A stretch of DNA of 64,000 nucleotides from an uncultured euryarchaeote (GTDB lineage Archaea; Thermoplasmatota; Poseidoniia; Poseidoniales; Poseidoniaceae), in contig CAXFAS010000004.1 of NCBI GenBank assembly GCA_964001175.1, positions 7,497 through 71,496 of the forward strand. The letters run 5' to 3'. The translations under genes were made by a program, and so were the position numbers. This document shows, one piece after another, positions 46,207 to 57,056 of this stretch (the stretch's first letter is position 1; every line of letters begins with the position of its first letter). The notes beneath the pieces are model-generated. The model did no database searches, was not told the origin of the DNA, and was given only the letters and a program-made list of their open reading frames with translations.

Positions 46207-49200
46207 CAAAGCAAGTCATCCAAAAATGAAGTATCAATCTTTGGTTTGACAGGTGCACTAGCCTCGCCACCAGTCAAGTCATTCAAAATATTCTGATTTT
46301 GAGGTTGTAAGACTGGTTGTTGAGGTTGATATGTTTCACGTCCATATGGATTCGAATCAATACGCTGGGCAGCACTGTAAATATCATTGGATTGTGTTTG
46401 AGATACACTTGGCGGAGGCGCCTGAGGAGTAGAAGGCATCATTGGGTCAATATCGTCCCAAGAGCCAAAGTCATCTTGAATGCCCCAAGTTGCTTCTTGT
46501 AATTCCCATGACTTATTCCTAGATCTTTGATTTCCTCTTGTTCTTACTATTGCAATGACTAGGAATAGTGCTAGAAGAACTAATCCAGCAGCGATTAAAT
46601 TAGGTGGAGTAAGTAGTGATGAAAAATCATTTGAATCATCTGCAGGTTGATTAATTTCTTCTCCTGTTGCAGTTACTGGGTCGATCTTTACAGCTTCTAC
46701 CATATTTCTATTTGTAATTTCATCGAAAGGAGAAACGGCAATATACCAGCTAGTATCATTCGTTAAGTCTTCAAAATTATCAATAGAAATCAAGAAGGTA
46801 TTCGAGGCTTGCACAAAGTCAATCAAAGTAGCATCATCAGTCGAAGAGAAATCTTCAGTGGAGATATAAATTTGATATCCTCTAACATCGCCATCATTCG
46901 AATGCTCCCAAGAGGTTAGAATTTTATTCTCATCTATCCAATTTAATGAAACATCTTCAACAGGTTCTAAATAATCACCACTGCTATCGAATCCATCATC
47001 TATTGACTGATTAGAAACCACATTCAAATTTTGTTCGAATGCGTTTCCAGCTGAATCTCTTACTACGACAGCAACCCATATTTTTTGGCCAGTAACTACA
47101 GGTTGGTCTCCAGCGACTAAATCGATAACTAGTGGTAATTCAGGATTTCTAGAAAGCACGGCAATAGGAGATGTAGGACCATCACTTCCTGCAGTGATTC
47201 CTTGGAAAGACCACGTGGCAGCATAAATTTCGTATGAAGCAACATCGCTAACTTCGCTCAAATCAAAGTCAAGAAGTAATGCTGAACCATTATCCTTAGG
47301 CCTATCTGTCAATCTGAGATTATCCATTCTTTCAGGAGGAGTGGTGTCTTGGATATTATTGATAGGTGTGGTCGAGGCTTGAACCAAGTCTGTAAGATGG
47401 ACATTTCCTTTTATGTCGTGAACTGTAACTGTTGTGAATAACTCAATATCCGGTTTTATTAATTGAGGAGTTGTTTGAGTTAAATCCATCATGCCACCTT
47501 GATTTCCATATAATGCAGTGGATATTGTCAATTGAATAGGATTTTTATCTTCATCAATCCATTGTTTATCAATCTTCAAACAGCCACACTTTGATTCATC
47601 ATCGCCAAATTCTATCCAAGCCTCAGTTAAATCTTCAACAGGTTGGTCTGCAACCCAAACAATGTAGTAAGCAAAATCATCAGCAGTAGAAATTGTCCAA
47701 ATCACATCAATTGCAGTTCCATCATCATTAGGATGGTCAAATGCAGTGATAGTTCCTATTCTATCTGGAATACTTCCAAGACCCACTGTATTTCTAAATG
47801 GAGTAACTTCAACAATCTCAACATCAACTAGATCGACATTCAACCAATCATCATATGCTACAACTGCCACAAGATATGATTGCCCATCTTGTAGAGAAGT
47901 GCCATCATACCCGTCAACGATTGTGGAATTAGTTGAGCAATCATCAATAATTTCAGCTTGTGAGAATCCGGTATCGTCTAAAGGCAAACCTACAACAGTT
48001 ATGCTGGGTGTGTTCTCTCTAATCCATACGGCATAGAATGTACAATCATCTGCAGTACTTATGTCCCAAGATATGGTAACTCGGCCTCCATCATCATTTG
48101 GTGTATCTATTGCTTCAACATTTTCTAATCTTGGCGGTGGTGTGAGATCGTTCAATCCACCTGTTGGAACAACTGGCCCAATAATTGTGGCATTAAGCAG
48201 GTCTTCTTGTCCCGCTTGGTCAACACAAGTTAGACCAATCCAATAAGGGCGGCCAGGATTTAGGTTTAATATGGTAGAATTACCTTCACTTGGAGGTAAT
48301 GATTCCTCATATGTGAGTCCTAGTACATCATTTATTTCTATAGTGGAAGTGTAAATATTTGTATAAGCCAAATCAAGTGCAGTACATCTCTTCCATTCTA
48401 AATCTAGATCTCCATCATCACCGCCTTCATGTGGACCCGCTTGCGCCCACTCAGGTGGGCTTGGAATCTCATCACTTGGTGAAGCAGGACCTATCGGTAG
48501 AGATGGTATACCAAGACGCCCATCGTTGTATTCAACTACTACTAGTGCGTAATATTCCACTCCATTTTCAAGAGTTTGACCGTTTGCTGTGGTTACTTCG
48601 CTTTGCAATCTACTGTGAAGAGAAACGGCCTTGTCAATTTGCCTTCCTGCCAAGTCTGCTTCTGTTATAGAAGCACCAGTGGTGAATGGCCCCTCATTGA
48701 CATAGATGAGATAGCGGGAGAAATCATCATCATGAACTAAAGTCCAAGAAGCAGTGAGTGTTTCACCACCATCATCAGGTCTGTCAATTAAGTCAACCAT
48801 ATTTACAGGTGTTTCTAATTTTATGTAGTCGTATGTTAGTCTAATTTGTAATGAGCCGTTAGTAATTGAGCGTAGGTTCAGTTGAACGAATTTAGTTCCG
48901 TTAATTTGAACTGCATTATTTATTGCAGATTGTAAATTCTGCTGAATACTTTGGTCATCAGATAGATTGAGAGTAACATTATATTTCAGACTATTTGATT
49001 GTGCCCAAGTTGCAGCACCGCTAACAGGCGATGTGAAGGCTAATGGGATTCCTTGGAATAGTAATCCATGGACACCAGATGTGCCGATATCACTGTCTAG
49101 AGTGATAGAATTGGTTAGGTTTGCAAGTTCAATAACCATTCCCGGATGAGCCATGTCAGTAATATCTTTAGTCACTAAATTGAATCCCATATTCAGTGGA

Positions 49201-52200
49201 TCAGCTCTGCGAAGTTCAAATCTTTCTACTTCAGTCCATTGTGGATTATTCATCCAACCGTATAATCCCGAGGTTTCGGTTGTAATCCAGACATTTTCTG
49301 ATGTAATTGCCCCTCCACTTATCTGGTCATCTGGTAGTATGAATGTTTTAATCGAAGAGTGCGATGCAGTTCTTGCTTCAATAATAGTTGCAATATTATT
49401 TCCAATTGCCATTATTTCATCACCATTACTTACCATTCTTTCAATTGGCCAGCTAGGTATTTGCCAAGAAGCTCTTCCATCTTCAAATTGAGAACTCAAA
49501 CCATTCCAATGAGTCAATGGTCCAACATCAGTCGCTATATGTAAGCCCCACCAATCACTAGCAACAGCCGTAACGGTATTAGATGGTAATTGGTCAAAGC
49601 GATGAGTTTGACTTACAAGTCCAGTAAGACCATCAACACTAGTTACACCTGGTCTTTCACTACCTGCTCCATCATGGCTGACATGAATTTGTACGTTGCC
49701 CAAATTATCAGTTGTTTTGATCAGGCCCCAAGATGAGGTGCCAAGCATACCATTGGCACTGGTTAGAACATTTGTAGAACCATTGACAGTATCCATTTGT
49801 GCAAGGCCAGACGGAGTCGCTACCCACAGATAAGGGTCATCAAATAGCATATCTTCAACTAAATTTGAAGGTAAACCGTCTGTAGTTGTAAGCGGATTTA
49901 ACCAGTCGTTGGTTTGTAATGACCATCTTCCAATTCCTCCATTGGTTGCTATGTAAACAACATCAGTTGAAACTTCTATTCCATTTACAATATTGGACGG
50001 TAGTCCAGCAAGAAGTCTGCCATTACCGAAAGTATCGGTGGTAGTATCAAAAATTTGCACCCCTGCTGATGAACCGAAATTACCCTGTAGTCCAATGATT
50101 AAGTCGGTTCCAACCAACTTTAATCCATCCATATTATTGTGTAAAGCTCCTCGCATTGGCAATAAATCACCAGTTAGAGTGTCTAGTTTCATCAATCCAC
50201 TAGGGTAAGTCGATATGTATAGGTCGGTGCCCACTAATTGAGTATCAGCAGCTCTTGAATTGGCAGGTAATGTCCAGCCATACTGCCATTCAATCTCTCC
50301 AGTTGATATTTTTTCACCTTGTAAAACACCAGCACCAGTTGATTGTCCAAAGCCTACATTTTCTCCGATCGTAGTCACCCATACATGGGTATTATTCCCA
50401 GTCATTGTTGTAATTTGACCACTGACTAGGCCTGGTAAATTGTACATCACAGTTTGTCCGTTAGGGCCCAACAAGTCAACATGGCTGTAACCTGAAGAAC
50501 CGCCAGCCTGGCCTATTAGCCATTCATTTCCTAACCATTGGAAAGATGTTACTGAAGAACCTTGGCCGTTGAAATTAACCTGGCTGGTACTCGCTCCCGA
50601 GGTGGTTATTATCGAATATCCTCCTCCGATTACATTAGATCCTTCTTGACCTAAACCATGTCCAACAACTAACTTACCTGAATCATATCCAATTGCATCC
50701 CACCAAATTCTATCGCTGGGTAGGTTGTGAGTCTGAGTAGTAATGTCTGGGAGCCATTGTCCTGACGTGTAACTGTATTTTTTAATCGGTTCTTCATCAG
50801 AATAGAATGCGACATATAGAGTATCTGTAGAAGTATCACATGCAACACCAGATACTCTTCCTTCACCAAGAGTGGCACGAGTGAACGTACCTGTTATGGT
50901 TGATGAAGCCAAATCCAATTGTTCAATTCCGCCATCAGAATCGTATATTCCAACATTCAATACTCCGCCACATTCTGCCATAGTTATAGGATATCCACGT
51001 TGAATTCCACCTTGACCTTGAGAGCCAAATACATTCCAAGAAGTTCCATTCCAATGGGATATAGCGCCACCTTGGAACCCTTGCCAACTTGAACCATCGC
51101 CGCCTCCAACTACTAAGTCGACACCATTGGTCCAGATTTCATAAATCTCTTCACCTGCGTTGTTAGGTAAGCCATTTCCTTCTTCCCAAGTAGATAGCCA
51201 AGAACTAGAACTCGGGTCAAATCTTGCGATTCCATCTTCTGTTGCAAATAATACTTCACCGTTATACTCGACAATTTCTCTAATAGGGAAATTAAGTCCA
51301 TCATCACTATCCCAAGAGCCGATTAAAGAGTTATTTTGAGCATAAAGATCTAATTTATTCTCGCCCCAAGAAATCCACATTTGACCATTACTTGTTTCAT
51401 GAGCAGTTACTCTATCAACTTGTCCAGATGGTAGAATATCTGCCCCCCAGTCATCATTTAGAATATCCCACTGTGCTATTCCGCCTCTACCATCATAATA
51501 GTCAGGGAATCCACCATTAGATGCAACACTAACCATCAAGGTATCTCCAACAAGACCCATGCCCCAAGCATCACCTGAATTATCATCCAGTTGAATTCCA
51601 GCATCAATATTTGAGAGTCCTGTAAAGTTAGCAACATCGATACGATATACGCTATTACTGCTACTACCTTGATGATAATACATGATATTATTGTGTATTG
51701 TCATTTGGAATGGGTCTCCATTTCCAAGATATAATTGGTCATTCTTTTCTATGTCGTAAATTTCAGTTTGGTTGATTACATCGATAAGTTGGAAACCATC
51801 ATCGCCACCAATCCAAATATGGTTTGGTCTTAGATCTGCTACAAGTCCAGTAACATCACCATTGCCAGGGTCGAGGATTTCATTTCCGGACGGTCCCCCG
51901 CTGTATTCTGTCCATGTCGGTAACCATGAATTAGTAGGTATGTCATAGCGAGCAATCCCGATTCCATCTAGTCCGATATAGGCTATATCGCCAATAACTT
52001 CAACCGGCGCATTATCTGTATCTTCTCCAGCCTCCCAGGTATCGATGACATCGAATGGACTGATTGTTAATATTCCAACTCCTTGCGTAGTTCCACCATA
52101 GACTCTTGAACCATCGGTTCCAACTGAGTATGTTGCCCAATTAGGCATACCATCATACACATTCATACAATCATCAATGTCAACAGTCGAAGTAGGATAT

Positions 52201-54557
52201 CTGCATACTCCAATATTTGTTCCAACATATATCTCAGAGCCGAGTAATGTGAAATCAAAGAATTGACTGGGTTGACGAGTCCAACTACTTCCATCACCTT
52301 GGAAGTTCAATGGCTGGTTACCATCCCACTTTACTGCACCACTATCAGTCCCGATGTAAATATTTGAACCATCAGAAATTAAGGCGAAAATGTTGTCACT
52401 AGGTAGGAAATCAAAGCCATTGCCTCCTCCGCCTATTGATTCAGTAAGCGGGATTAAAATTTCACCAGTTGAAAGGTCTTTTCTTACGACACCGTATCCA
52501 GGTAAACCAAGGTGTAGAATATCACCTTGCACGGCAAGAGGTACATTATCAGCATTATTTACTCCAGTTGAACCCCAAGGAGTCAAGAAGGAATCATTGG
52601 TCAAGTCGAATCGAGCCAAACCAATATCGTCAGTAGCAATATATGCAATGTCACCATATATTGCTAAATCGTTAAGACCAATACTAGGTATATCGAATAC
52701 TTCTATAGGAGAAATGCCGCTCAAATCTATCTTTGAAATAGCATCAGAACTAAGCGTAACTAAGTTATTAGAACTTACAGCAATCGAAATTACTTCATCT
52801 TCATCCAACCCAATACTGGTATCCCAAGTTTGTAGTAGTGAGCCATTACTATGCATTTTGTGTGCTCCAGAATTTTGCCCGGCGATGTAAACAAATGAAC
52901 CATCAGAGGTTAATTGGTTAACATTATCTCCGATAAAAGTCGGATTTAACCATCTAGATTGAGTAGTATCGTATCTATTGATGAAACCATCAGCTGCGAT
53001 AAAGACCACATCATCGAGCTCTACGGCATCTTGCATATTGGCAGAAGTCGGACCGCTTGCAATTAGCATATTTCCAGTTTGTAGCGGAGTATTTCCAGGA
53101 GTTAATTCTGCTAATAGACCGAATCCATCGCTGACTAGAACCATATCATTAGTAGGTGATCGAGGCCCTATATTTGGCCATAAGATCAAATCATCCCCGG
53201 CATCACCATTTAATCCAAAGTCTGAAAGTTGGTATGTTTGTTGGAATATTCCATTAGCAGTATTGTATGAATGTAGAGCATCACCACTAAGGATATACAG
53301 GATATTATTTGAAAGAACCAAGTCTCCAATATAGTTACTATTTAGCCAGTTTGAGGAAGACCATGTGGAAAGCCAAAATCCTGAACTCCAGTCATATCTA
53401 GCAAGGCCATTATCTTTAGATGCCATCAATAATTGGTTGCCAGAAATTAAAAACTCAGAAATAGAATCGCTGTGTAGATTGTTTGCAGTTGTCCATGTAC
53501 TCAAGGCTGAATTAGTATTCATGTCCCATCTTATTACACCTTCATCTTCGAAAGAAAAGTATAGTACATTACCTGCTTCAATTATGTCTAATGCACTTCC
53601 AGCAGTTGTTTTTGCATAGGCATCTGACCATGTAGCGCCATTAAAAACAGATATTCTATCTTGGTTTGAAGCGTAAACATTACCGTCACTAGCGATGAAA
53701 AATTGCTCATATTGAACACTTTCAGCAACAGGGTCACTAGAAGATGAAATGGTATCTGGCAAAGGTGTTAATTCCGAAGTATCAACAAGTGATATTGCAT
53801 GGAAAAAATCACCACTAGTCAGTATATGAAGCGCTAAATTAGCGGCATCAATTTCGATATCTACAATGTCTCCAGAATCTTGAAATTCGATTATATCAAT
53901 GATTTTTGGATTGTTATTATAATCGATTATAAGCAGTGAATTAGCAACAGCTAGATACAATCGCCCATCAACAAAATGGATTGCATAGTCGGTAATTTCT
54001 AGATTTACAGGCTCAAAGGATACAGCAGGATCAACAGGTGCTAGAGCTTCAACAATCAATTCAGTTATTTCCGCTCCAGCAGGTAAAGTCCAAGATGCAC
54101 CTGCTTCGCTGTTGGGAGATAATCTCCCTGAATGCGGGTTTAAGCCATCAAATGAATCACTAGAGCCTAACATGCCTAGCCCGGACCAATCAAACAGATT
54201 GATACCAATGTCGGATGCTGTTATTACCGGTTCTTCAATCAATAAATTGTCACTACCATCCACCCTAATTTCCATAGTTAGATTAGAAATTTCAGCACCA
54301 GGGGCAAATTCTAGTGCCCAATTTGTACTTGCTTGTAAGCCGATGGACGGATTGGCCCCAACAGTATCTAGTTGAACCCATCCAGTGTCGTTACTACCCT
54401 GTTTTTCCCAGATCACATCATTCTCAGTTTGGTGCGCTGAAACCGGAGAAACAATTAGCATTGGAGACATTAAAGAAATAAGCATTAAATTGACCAAAAA
54501 AAGAGATTTTTTTCTCTTCAAACCCGACAATTTGGGACTAATCTCAGTTTTCATCAA
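46206..54557 (-). CDS. Giant (2783 aa) cell-surface protein: signal peptide, beta-propeller-type repeats, Fn3-like modules, TM anchor, P/Q-rich cytoplasmic tail
   Basis: Signal sequence LFLVNLMLISLMSPMLIVSPVSA|HQ. Many Reg_prop-like repeats are present (GLARYDWSSGFW, GLARFDLTNDSF, GIARYDIPTNSW, GIARFDPSSSSW, GIGRWSLQTNDW). Repeated modules start with D.P.DDGG..t.sW. The TM helix is LIAAGLVLLALFLVIAIV followed by RTRGNQRSR. All internal antisense ORFs are shadows. Confidence 0.85.
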   Translation of the reverse strand: MMKTEISPKLSGLKRKKSLFLVNLMLISLMSPMLIVSPVSAHQTENDVIWEKQGSNDTGWVQLDTVGANPSIGLQASTNWALEFAPGAEISNLTMEIRVDGSDNLLIEEPVITASDIGINLFDWSGLGMLGSSDSFDGLNPHSGRLSPNSEAGASWTLPAGAEITELIVEALAPVDPAVSFEPVNLEITDYAIHFVDGRLYLAVANSLLIIDYNNNPKIIDIIEFQDSGDIVDIEIDAANLALHILTSGDFFHAISLVDTSELTPLPDTISSSSDPVAESVQYEQFFIASDGNVYASNQDRISVFNGATWSDAYAKTTAGSALDIIEAGNVLYFSFEDEGVIRWDMNTNSALSTWTTANNLHSDSISEFLISGNQLLMASKDNGLARYDWSSGFWLSTWSSSNWLNSNYIGDLVLSNNILYILSGDALHSYNTANGIFQQTYQLSDFGLNGDAGDDLILWPNIGPRSPTNDMVLVSDGFGLLAELTPGNTPLQTGNMLIASGPTSANMQDAVELDDVVFIAADGFINRYDTTQSRWLNPTFIGDNVNQLTSDGSFVYIAGQNSGAHKMHSNGSLLQTWDTSIGLDEDEVISIAVSSNNLVTLSSDAISKIDLSGISPIEVFDIPSIGLNDLAIYGDIAYIATDDIGLARFDLTNDSFLTPWGSTGVNNADNVPLAVQGDILHLGLPGYGVVRKDLSTGEILIPLTESIGGGGNGFDFLPSDNIFALISDGSNIYIGTDSGAVKWDGNQPLNFQGDGSSWTRQPSQFFDFTLLGSEIYVGTNIGVCRYPTSTVDIDDCMNVYDGMPNWATYSVGTDGSRVYGGTTQGVGILTISPFDVIDTWEAGEDTDNAPVEVIGDIAYIGLDGIGIARYDIPTNSWLPTWTEYSGGPSGNEILDPGNGDVTGLVADLRPNHIWIGGDDGFQLIDVINQTEIYDIEKNDQLYLGNGDPFQMTIHNNIMYYHQGSSSNSVYRIDVANFTGLSNIDAGIQLDDNSGDAWGMGLVGDTLMVSVASNGGFPDYYDGRGGIAQWDILNDDWGADILPSGQVDRVTAHETSNGQMWISWGENKLDLYAQNNSLIGSWDSDDGLNFPIREIVEYNGEVLFATEDGIARFDPSSSSWLSTWEEGNGLPNNAGEEIYEIWTNGVDLVVGGGDGSSWQGFQGGAISHWNGTSWNVFGSQGQGGIQRGYPITMAECGGVLNVGIYDSDGGIEQLDLASSTITGTFTRATLGEGRVSGVACDTSTDTLYVAFYSDEEPIKKYSYTSGQWLPDITTQTHNLPSDRIWWDAIGYDSGKLVVGHGLGQEGSNVIGGGYSIITTSGASTSQVNFNGQGSSVTSFQWLGNEWLIGQAGGSSGYSHVDLLGPNGQTVMYNLPGLVSGQITTMTGNNTHVWVTTIGENVGFGQSTGAGVLQGEKISTGEIEWQYGWTLPANSRAADTQLVGTDLYISTYPSGLMKLDTLTGDLLPMRGALHNNMDGLKLVGTDLIIGLQGNFGSSAGVQIFDTTTDTFGNGRLLAGLPSNIVNGIEVSTDVVYIATNGGIGRWSLQTNDWLNPLTTTDGLPSNLVEDMLFDDPYLWVATPSGLAQMDTVNGSTNVLTSANGMLGTSSWGLIKTTDNLGNVQIHVSHDGAGSERPGVTSVDGLTGLVSQTHRFDQLPSNTVTAVASDWWGLHIATDVGPLTHWNGLSSQFEDGRASWQIPSWPIERMVSNGDEIMAIGNNIATIIEARTASHSSIKTFILPDDQISGGAITSENVWITTETSGLYGWMNNPQWTEVERFELRRADPLNMGFNLVTKDITDMAHPGMVIELANLTNSITLDSDIGTSGVHGLLFQGIPLAFTSPVSGAATWAQSNSLKYNVTLNLSDDQSIQQNLQSAINNAVQINGTKFVQLNLRSITNGSLQIRLTYDYIKLETPVNMVDLIDRPDDGGETLTASWTLVHDDDFSRYLIYVNEGPFTTGASITEADLAGRQIDKAVSLHSRLQSEVTTANGQTLENGVEYYALVVVEYNDGRLGIPSLPIGPASPSDEIPSPPEWAQAGPHEGGDDGDLDLEWKRCTALDLAYTNIYTSTIEINDVLGLTYEESLPPSEGNSTILNLNPGRPYWIGLTCVDQAGQEDLLNATIIGPVVPTGGLNDLTPPPRLENVEAIDTPNDDGGRVTISWDISTADDCTFYAVWIRENTPSITVVGLPLDDTGFSQAEIIDDCSTNSTIVDGYDGTSLQDGQSYLVAVVAYDDWLNVDLVDVEIVEVTPFRNTVGLGSIPDRIGTITAFDHPNDDGTAIDVIWTISTADDFAYYIVWVADQPVEDLTEAWIEFGDDESKCGCLKIDKQWIDEDKNPIQLTISTALYGNQGGMMDLTQTTPQLIKPDIELFTTVTVHDIKGNVHLTDLVQASTTPINNIQDTTPPERMDNLRLTDRPKDNGSALLLDFDLSEVSDVASYEIYAATWSFQGITAGSDGPTSPIAVLSRNPELPLVIDLVAGDQPVVTGQKIWVAVVVRDSAGNAFEQNLNVVSNQSIDDGFDSSGDYLEPVEDVSLNWIDENKILTSWEHSNDGDVRGYQIYISTEDFSSTDDATLIDFVQASNTFLISIDNFEDLTNDTSWYIAVSPFDEITNRNMVEAVKIDPVTATGEEINQPADDSNDFSSLLTPPNLIAAGLVLLALFLVIAIVRTRGNQRSRNKSWELQEATWGIQDDFGSWDDIDPMMPSTPQAPPPSVSQTQSNDIYSAAQRIDSNPYGRETYQPQQPVLQPQNQNILNDLTGGEASAPVKPKIDTSFLDDLL
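46640..48810 (-). other. Array of at least five Fn3-like modules (approximate bounds)
   Basis: Module starts: DRPDDGGETLTASWTL..FSRYLIYV, GDDGDLDLEWKRC, DTPNDDGGRVTISWDIS..CTFYAVWI, DHPNDDGTAIDVIWTIS..FAYYIVWV, DRPKDNGSALLLDFDLS..ASYEIYA, ENKILTSWEHS..VRGYQIYI. Confidence 0.6.
48900..53900 (-). other. Beta-propeller (two-component-regulator-propeller-like) repeat region (approximate bounds)
   Basis: A degenerate ~45-60-aa periodicity recurs, with G(I/L)(A/G)R(F/Y/W)D...(S/N)W motifs and 'IAT..G' strands. Confidence 0.5.
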
Positions 54558-54677
54558 TATATTGGCGTTTCTTACACTATTTGAACGCGGCCCTAATTCG
54601 TGTGAATTTATCTCATTATACGATTAAGAAAAAAATGCTTGCCGAGTCTCTAATTGAAGTCTTGTAATGATTAAATT

Positions 54678-54689
54678 TCTATAAATATA
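54678..54689 (+). promoter_or_regulatory. Candidate archaeal TATA box (TCTATAAATATA) upstream of maeB
   Basis: This is the only strong TATA-like element in the 180-bp gap. It lies about 50 nt upstream of the GTG start at 54738. There is no experimental or comparative support. Confidence 0.25.
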
Positions 54690-54737
54690 CACCAAACACT
54701 CAAACATGATACGCGCTGCCAGTGAGATGGTGCTAGA

Positions 54738-57056
54738 GTGGTTGAGGAAAAACGTGAGAGGCTTTTGAAAAAAGAATCACTGGATTATCACGAATCTTTA
54801 CCTCATGGTAAGATAAAAGTTGTTCCAACAAAACCACATGCAACAGCACATGAACTTAGTTTGGCATATTCCCCAGGTGTGGCTTACCCCTGTTTAGAAA
54901 TCGCTGAGAAACCCGAAGCAGCATATCTCTATACTTCTAAAGCAAATTTGGTAGCAGTAATTTCTAATGGAACCGCAGTTCTCGGCCTTGGAAACATTGG
55001 GCCTCTAGCCAGTAAACCAGTTATGGAAGGTAAAGGGCTTTTATTGAAAACATTTGCAGATATTGATGTTTTTGATATCGAAGTAGATACTGAAGACCCA
55101 GAGGAATTCATTAGTACGGTGGTAAATATTTCGAAAACTTTTGGCGGTATTAATTTGGAAGATATCAAGGCACCAGAATGCTTTGAAATTGAAAAACGAA
55201 TAGCGGAGCAGACCGATATCCCAGTTATGCATGATGACCAGCATGGAACAGCAATAATCTCAGGCGCGGCATTATTGAACGCTGCCGAATTACAAGAAAA
55301 GAAACTGAATAAGATCAAGGTTGTAGTGATTGGTGCGGGCGCATCAGCAATTGCATGCGCAAATCACTATGTTGCATTAGGAGTAACTAGGACTAACATT
55401 TTGATGGTTGATAGCAAAGGTATTGTGACCAAGAAAAGACTTGAAGCAGGCGAGTTAAATGAATTCAAAGAAGCCTTTGCTCACGACATCAAAGATGGCA
55501 ATTTAGGCGATGCGTTAGTGGGGGCAGATGTCCTTCTTGGGCTTTCTAAAGGCGGCCTTGTCAGCAAAGAAATGATTGCTAGTATGGCCAAAAAACCAAT
55601 CATTTTCGCTTTAGCAAATCCTACACCAGAAATAATGCCAGAAGAGATTTTAGAAGTTAGAGATGACGCAATTATCGCAACAGGAAGGTCAGATTATCCT
55701 AATCAAGTAAACAATGTCTTAGGTTTTCCATATATCTTCAGAGGAGCACTTGATGTTAGAGCCAAAGATATCACTCAAAATATGAAAATGGCTGCAACAA
55801 TGTCTCTAGCAGAACTTGCCAAGGAACCAGTACCTGATTATATTTCAGCTGCTTATGACGGAGTTGTAATGCAATTTGGTCCCGAATATATTATTCCTAA
55901 ACCCTTTGACAGAAGGGTATTGATTTGGGAAGCTTCAGCAGTAGCGAAAGCCGCTGTTGATGAAGGCATTGCGCGGATAAAACCTGAAGATTTTTCAGTC
56001 GAAATGTACCGAGAAAAACTGGAAAGTCGTTTAGGCCAGTCTTACTCAATAATGCGCCATATAATCAACCAAGTTAGGCGAAGAGGAAAACGAATAGTTT
56101 TCCCAGAAGGAGATAATGAAAAGGTTTTGAGGGCTGCTGCACAATTAGATGATCAGAAAATCTGTACCCCAATTCTATTAGGTGCTAAAGAAAGAATCGA
56201 TGAATTAGTTGAGGAATTAGGCTTACATTTCGACTATCAAGTATTTGACCCTAGATATGATGAGAGAAGAAAATTAAGATATGCTCCGGCACTATTCAAA
56301 CGTCGCCAAAGAAAGGGGATGACATTAGAGGATGCTGAAAGGTTACTAAAAAGCCGTCCTTATTTTGCAAGCCAAATGGTGGCATCCGGTGATGCTGATG
56401 GATTTGTCGGAGGTGTAAGTCGTAATTATGCAGATGTACTTCGGCCCACTATTGAGGTAATAGGTTCTGACTCATCTGCTCATTGTGTTATTGGCTGTTA
56501 CATGGTCAATGTCAAAGGCAGGACTATTTTCTTAGCAGATGCTACTGTTAATGTTTATCCAGATAGCCCAACACTTGCAGAAATAGCAGTACAAACTTCG
56601 AAAATCGCCCGTAGATTTGGAATAAATCCTAAAGTAGCAATGTTATCATTTTCTAATTTTGGCAGTACTAGAGCGCAGCGTTCAGATAGAATCGAAGATG
56701 CAATATTAATCGCTAAAGAGATCGATCCGACTTTGAAAATTGATGGACCAATGCAGGCAGATACCGCATTAAATCCTGCAGTTCAAGGGGAATATCCATT
56801 CATGGACTTTGAGGGGCCAGCAAATGTACTAGTTTTACCTAATTTAGCAGCAGCCAATATTGCTTACAAACTTCTAGAAGAGTTAGGTGGTGCCGAGATG
56901 ACTGGACCTATTCTAGAAGGAATGGATAAACCAGTGCAACTAGTTGCAAGACAAGACGGAGTTAGACATATTGTCAATATGGCAGCAATATGTGCGGCAG
57001 ACGCAATTAGACAAGACTCATACTGGGAAACTTTGGCTACGGAAGAGTCTTTGTAA
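54738..57056 (+). CDS. maeB: NADP-dependent malic enzyme with C-terminal phosphotransacetylase-like domain (MaeB type)
   Basis: The N-terminus is LDYHESLPHGKIKVVPTKPHATAHELSLAYSPGVAYPC. The Rossmann motif is VVVIGAGASAIA. The C-terminal ~330 aa form a PTA_PTB-like domain (IVFPEGDNEKVLRAA...). The start is a GTG; nearby ATGs are out of frame. Confidence 0.9.
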   Translation: MVEEKRERLLKKESLDYHESLPHGKIKVVPTKPHATAHELSLAYSPGVAYPCLEIAEKPEAAYLYTSKANLVAVISNGTAVLGLGNIGPLASKPVMEGKGLLLKTFADIDVFDIEVDTEDPEEFISTVVNISKTFGGINLEDIKAPECFEIEKRIAEQTDIPVMHDDQHGTAIISGAALLNAAELQEKKLNKIKVVVIGAGASAIACANHYVALGVTRTNILMVDSKGIVTKKRLEAGELNEFKEAFAHDIKDGNLGDALVGADVLLGLSKGGLVSKEMIASMAKKPIIFALANPTPEIMPEEILEVRDDAIIATGRSDYPNQVNNVLGFPYIFRGALDVRAKDITQNMKMAATMSLAELAKEPVPDYISAAYDGVVMQFGPEYIIPKPFDRRVLIWEASAVAKAAVDEGIARIKPEDFSVEMYREKLESRLGQSYSIMRHIINQVRRRGKRIVFPEGDNEKVLRAAAQLDDQKICTPILLGAKERIDELVEELGLHFDYQVFDPRYDERRKLRYAPALFKRRQRKGMTLEDAERLLKSRPYFASQMVASGDADGFVGGVSRNYADVLRPTIEVIGSDSSAHCVIGCYMVNVKGRTIFLADATVNVYPDSPTLAEIAVQTSKIARRFGINPKVAMLSFSNFGSTRAQRSDRIEDAILIAKEIDPTLKIDGPMQADTALNPAVQGEYPFMDFEGPANVLVLPNLAAANIAYKLLEELGGAEMTGPILEGMDKPVQLVARQDGVRHIVNMAAICAADAIRQDSYWETLATEESL

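Noticed and set aside
46317-54627. Numerous 60-166-aa plus-strand ORFs inside the giant gene (e.g. 52390..52890, 49153..49491, 52978..53334)
   Set aside because: All lie antisense within one uninterrupted 8.35-kb ORF that has coherent repeat and domain structure. Their translations are low-complexity S/P/I-rich and have no motifs.
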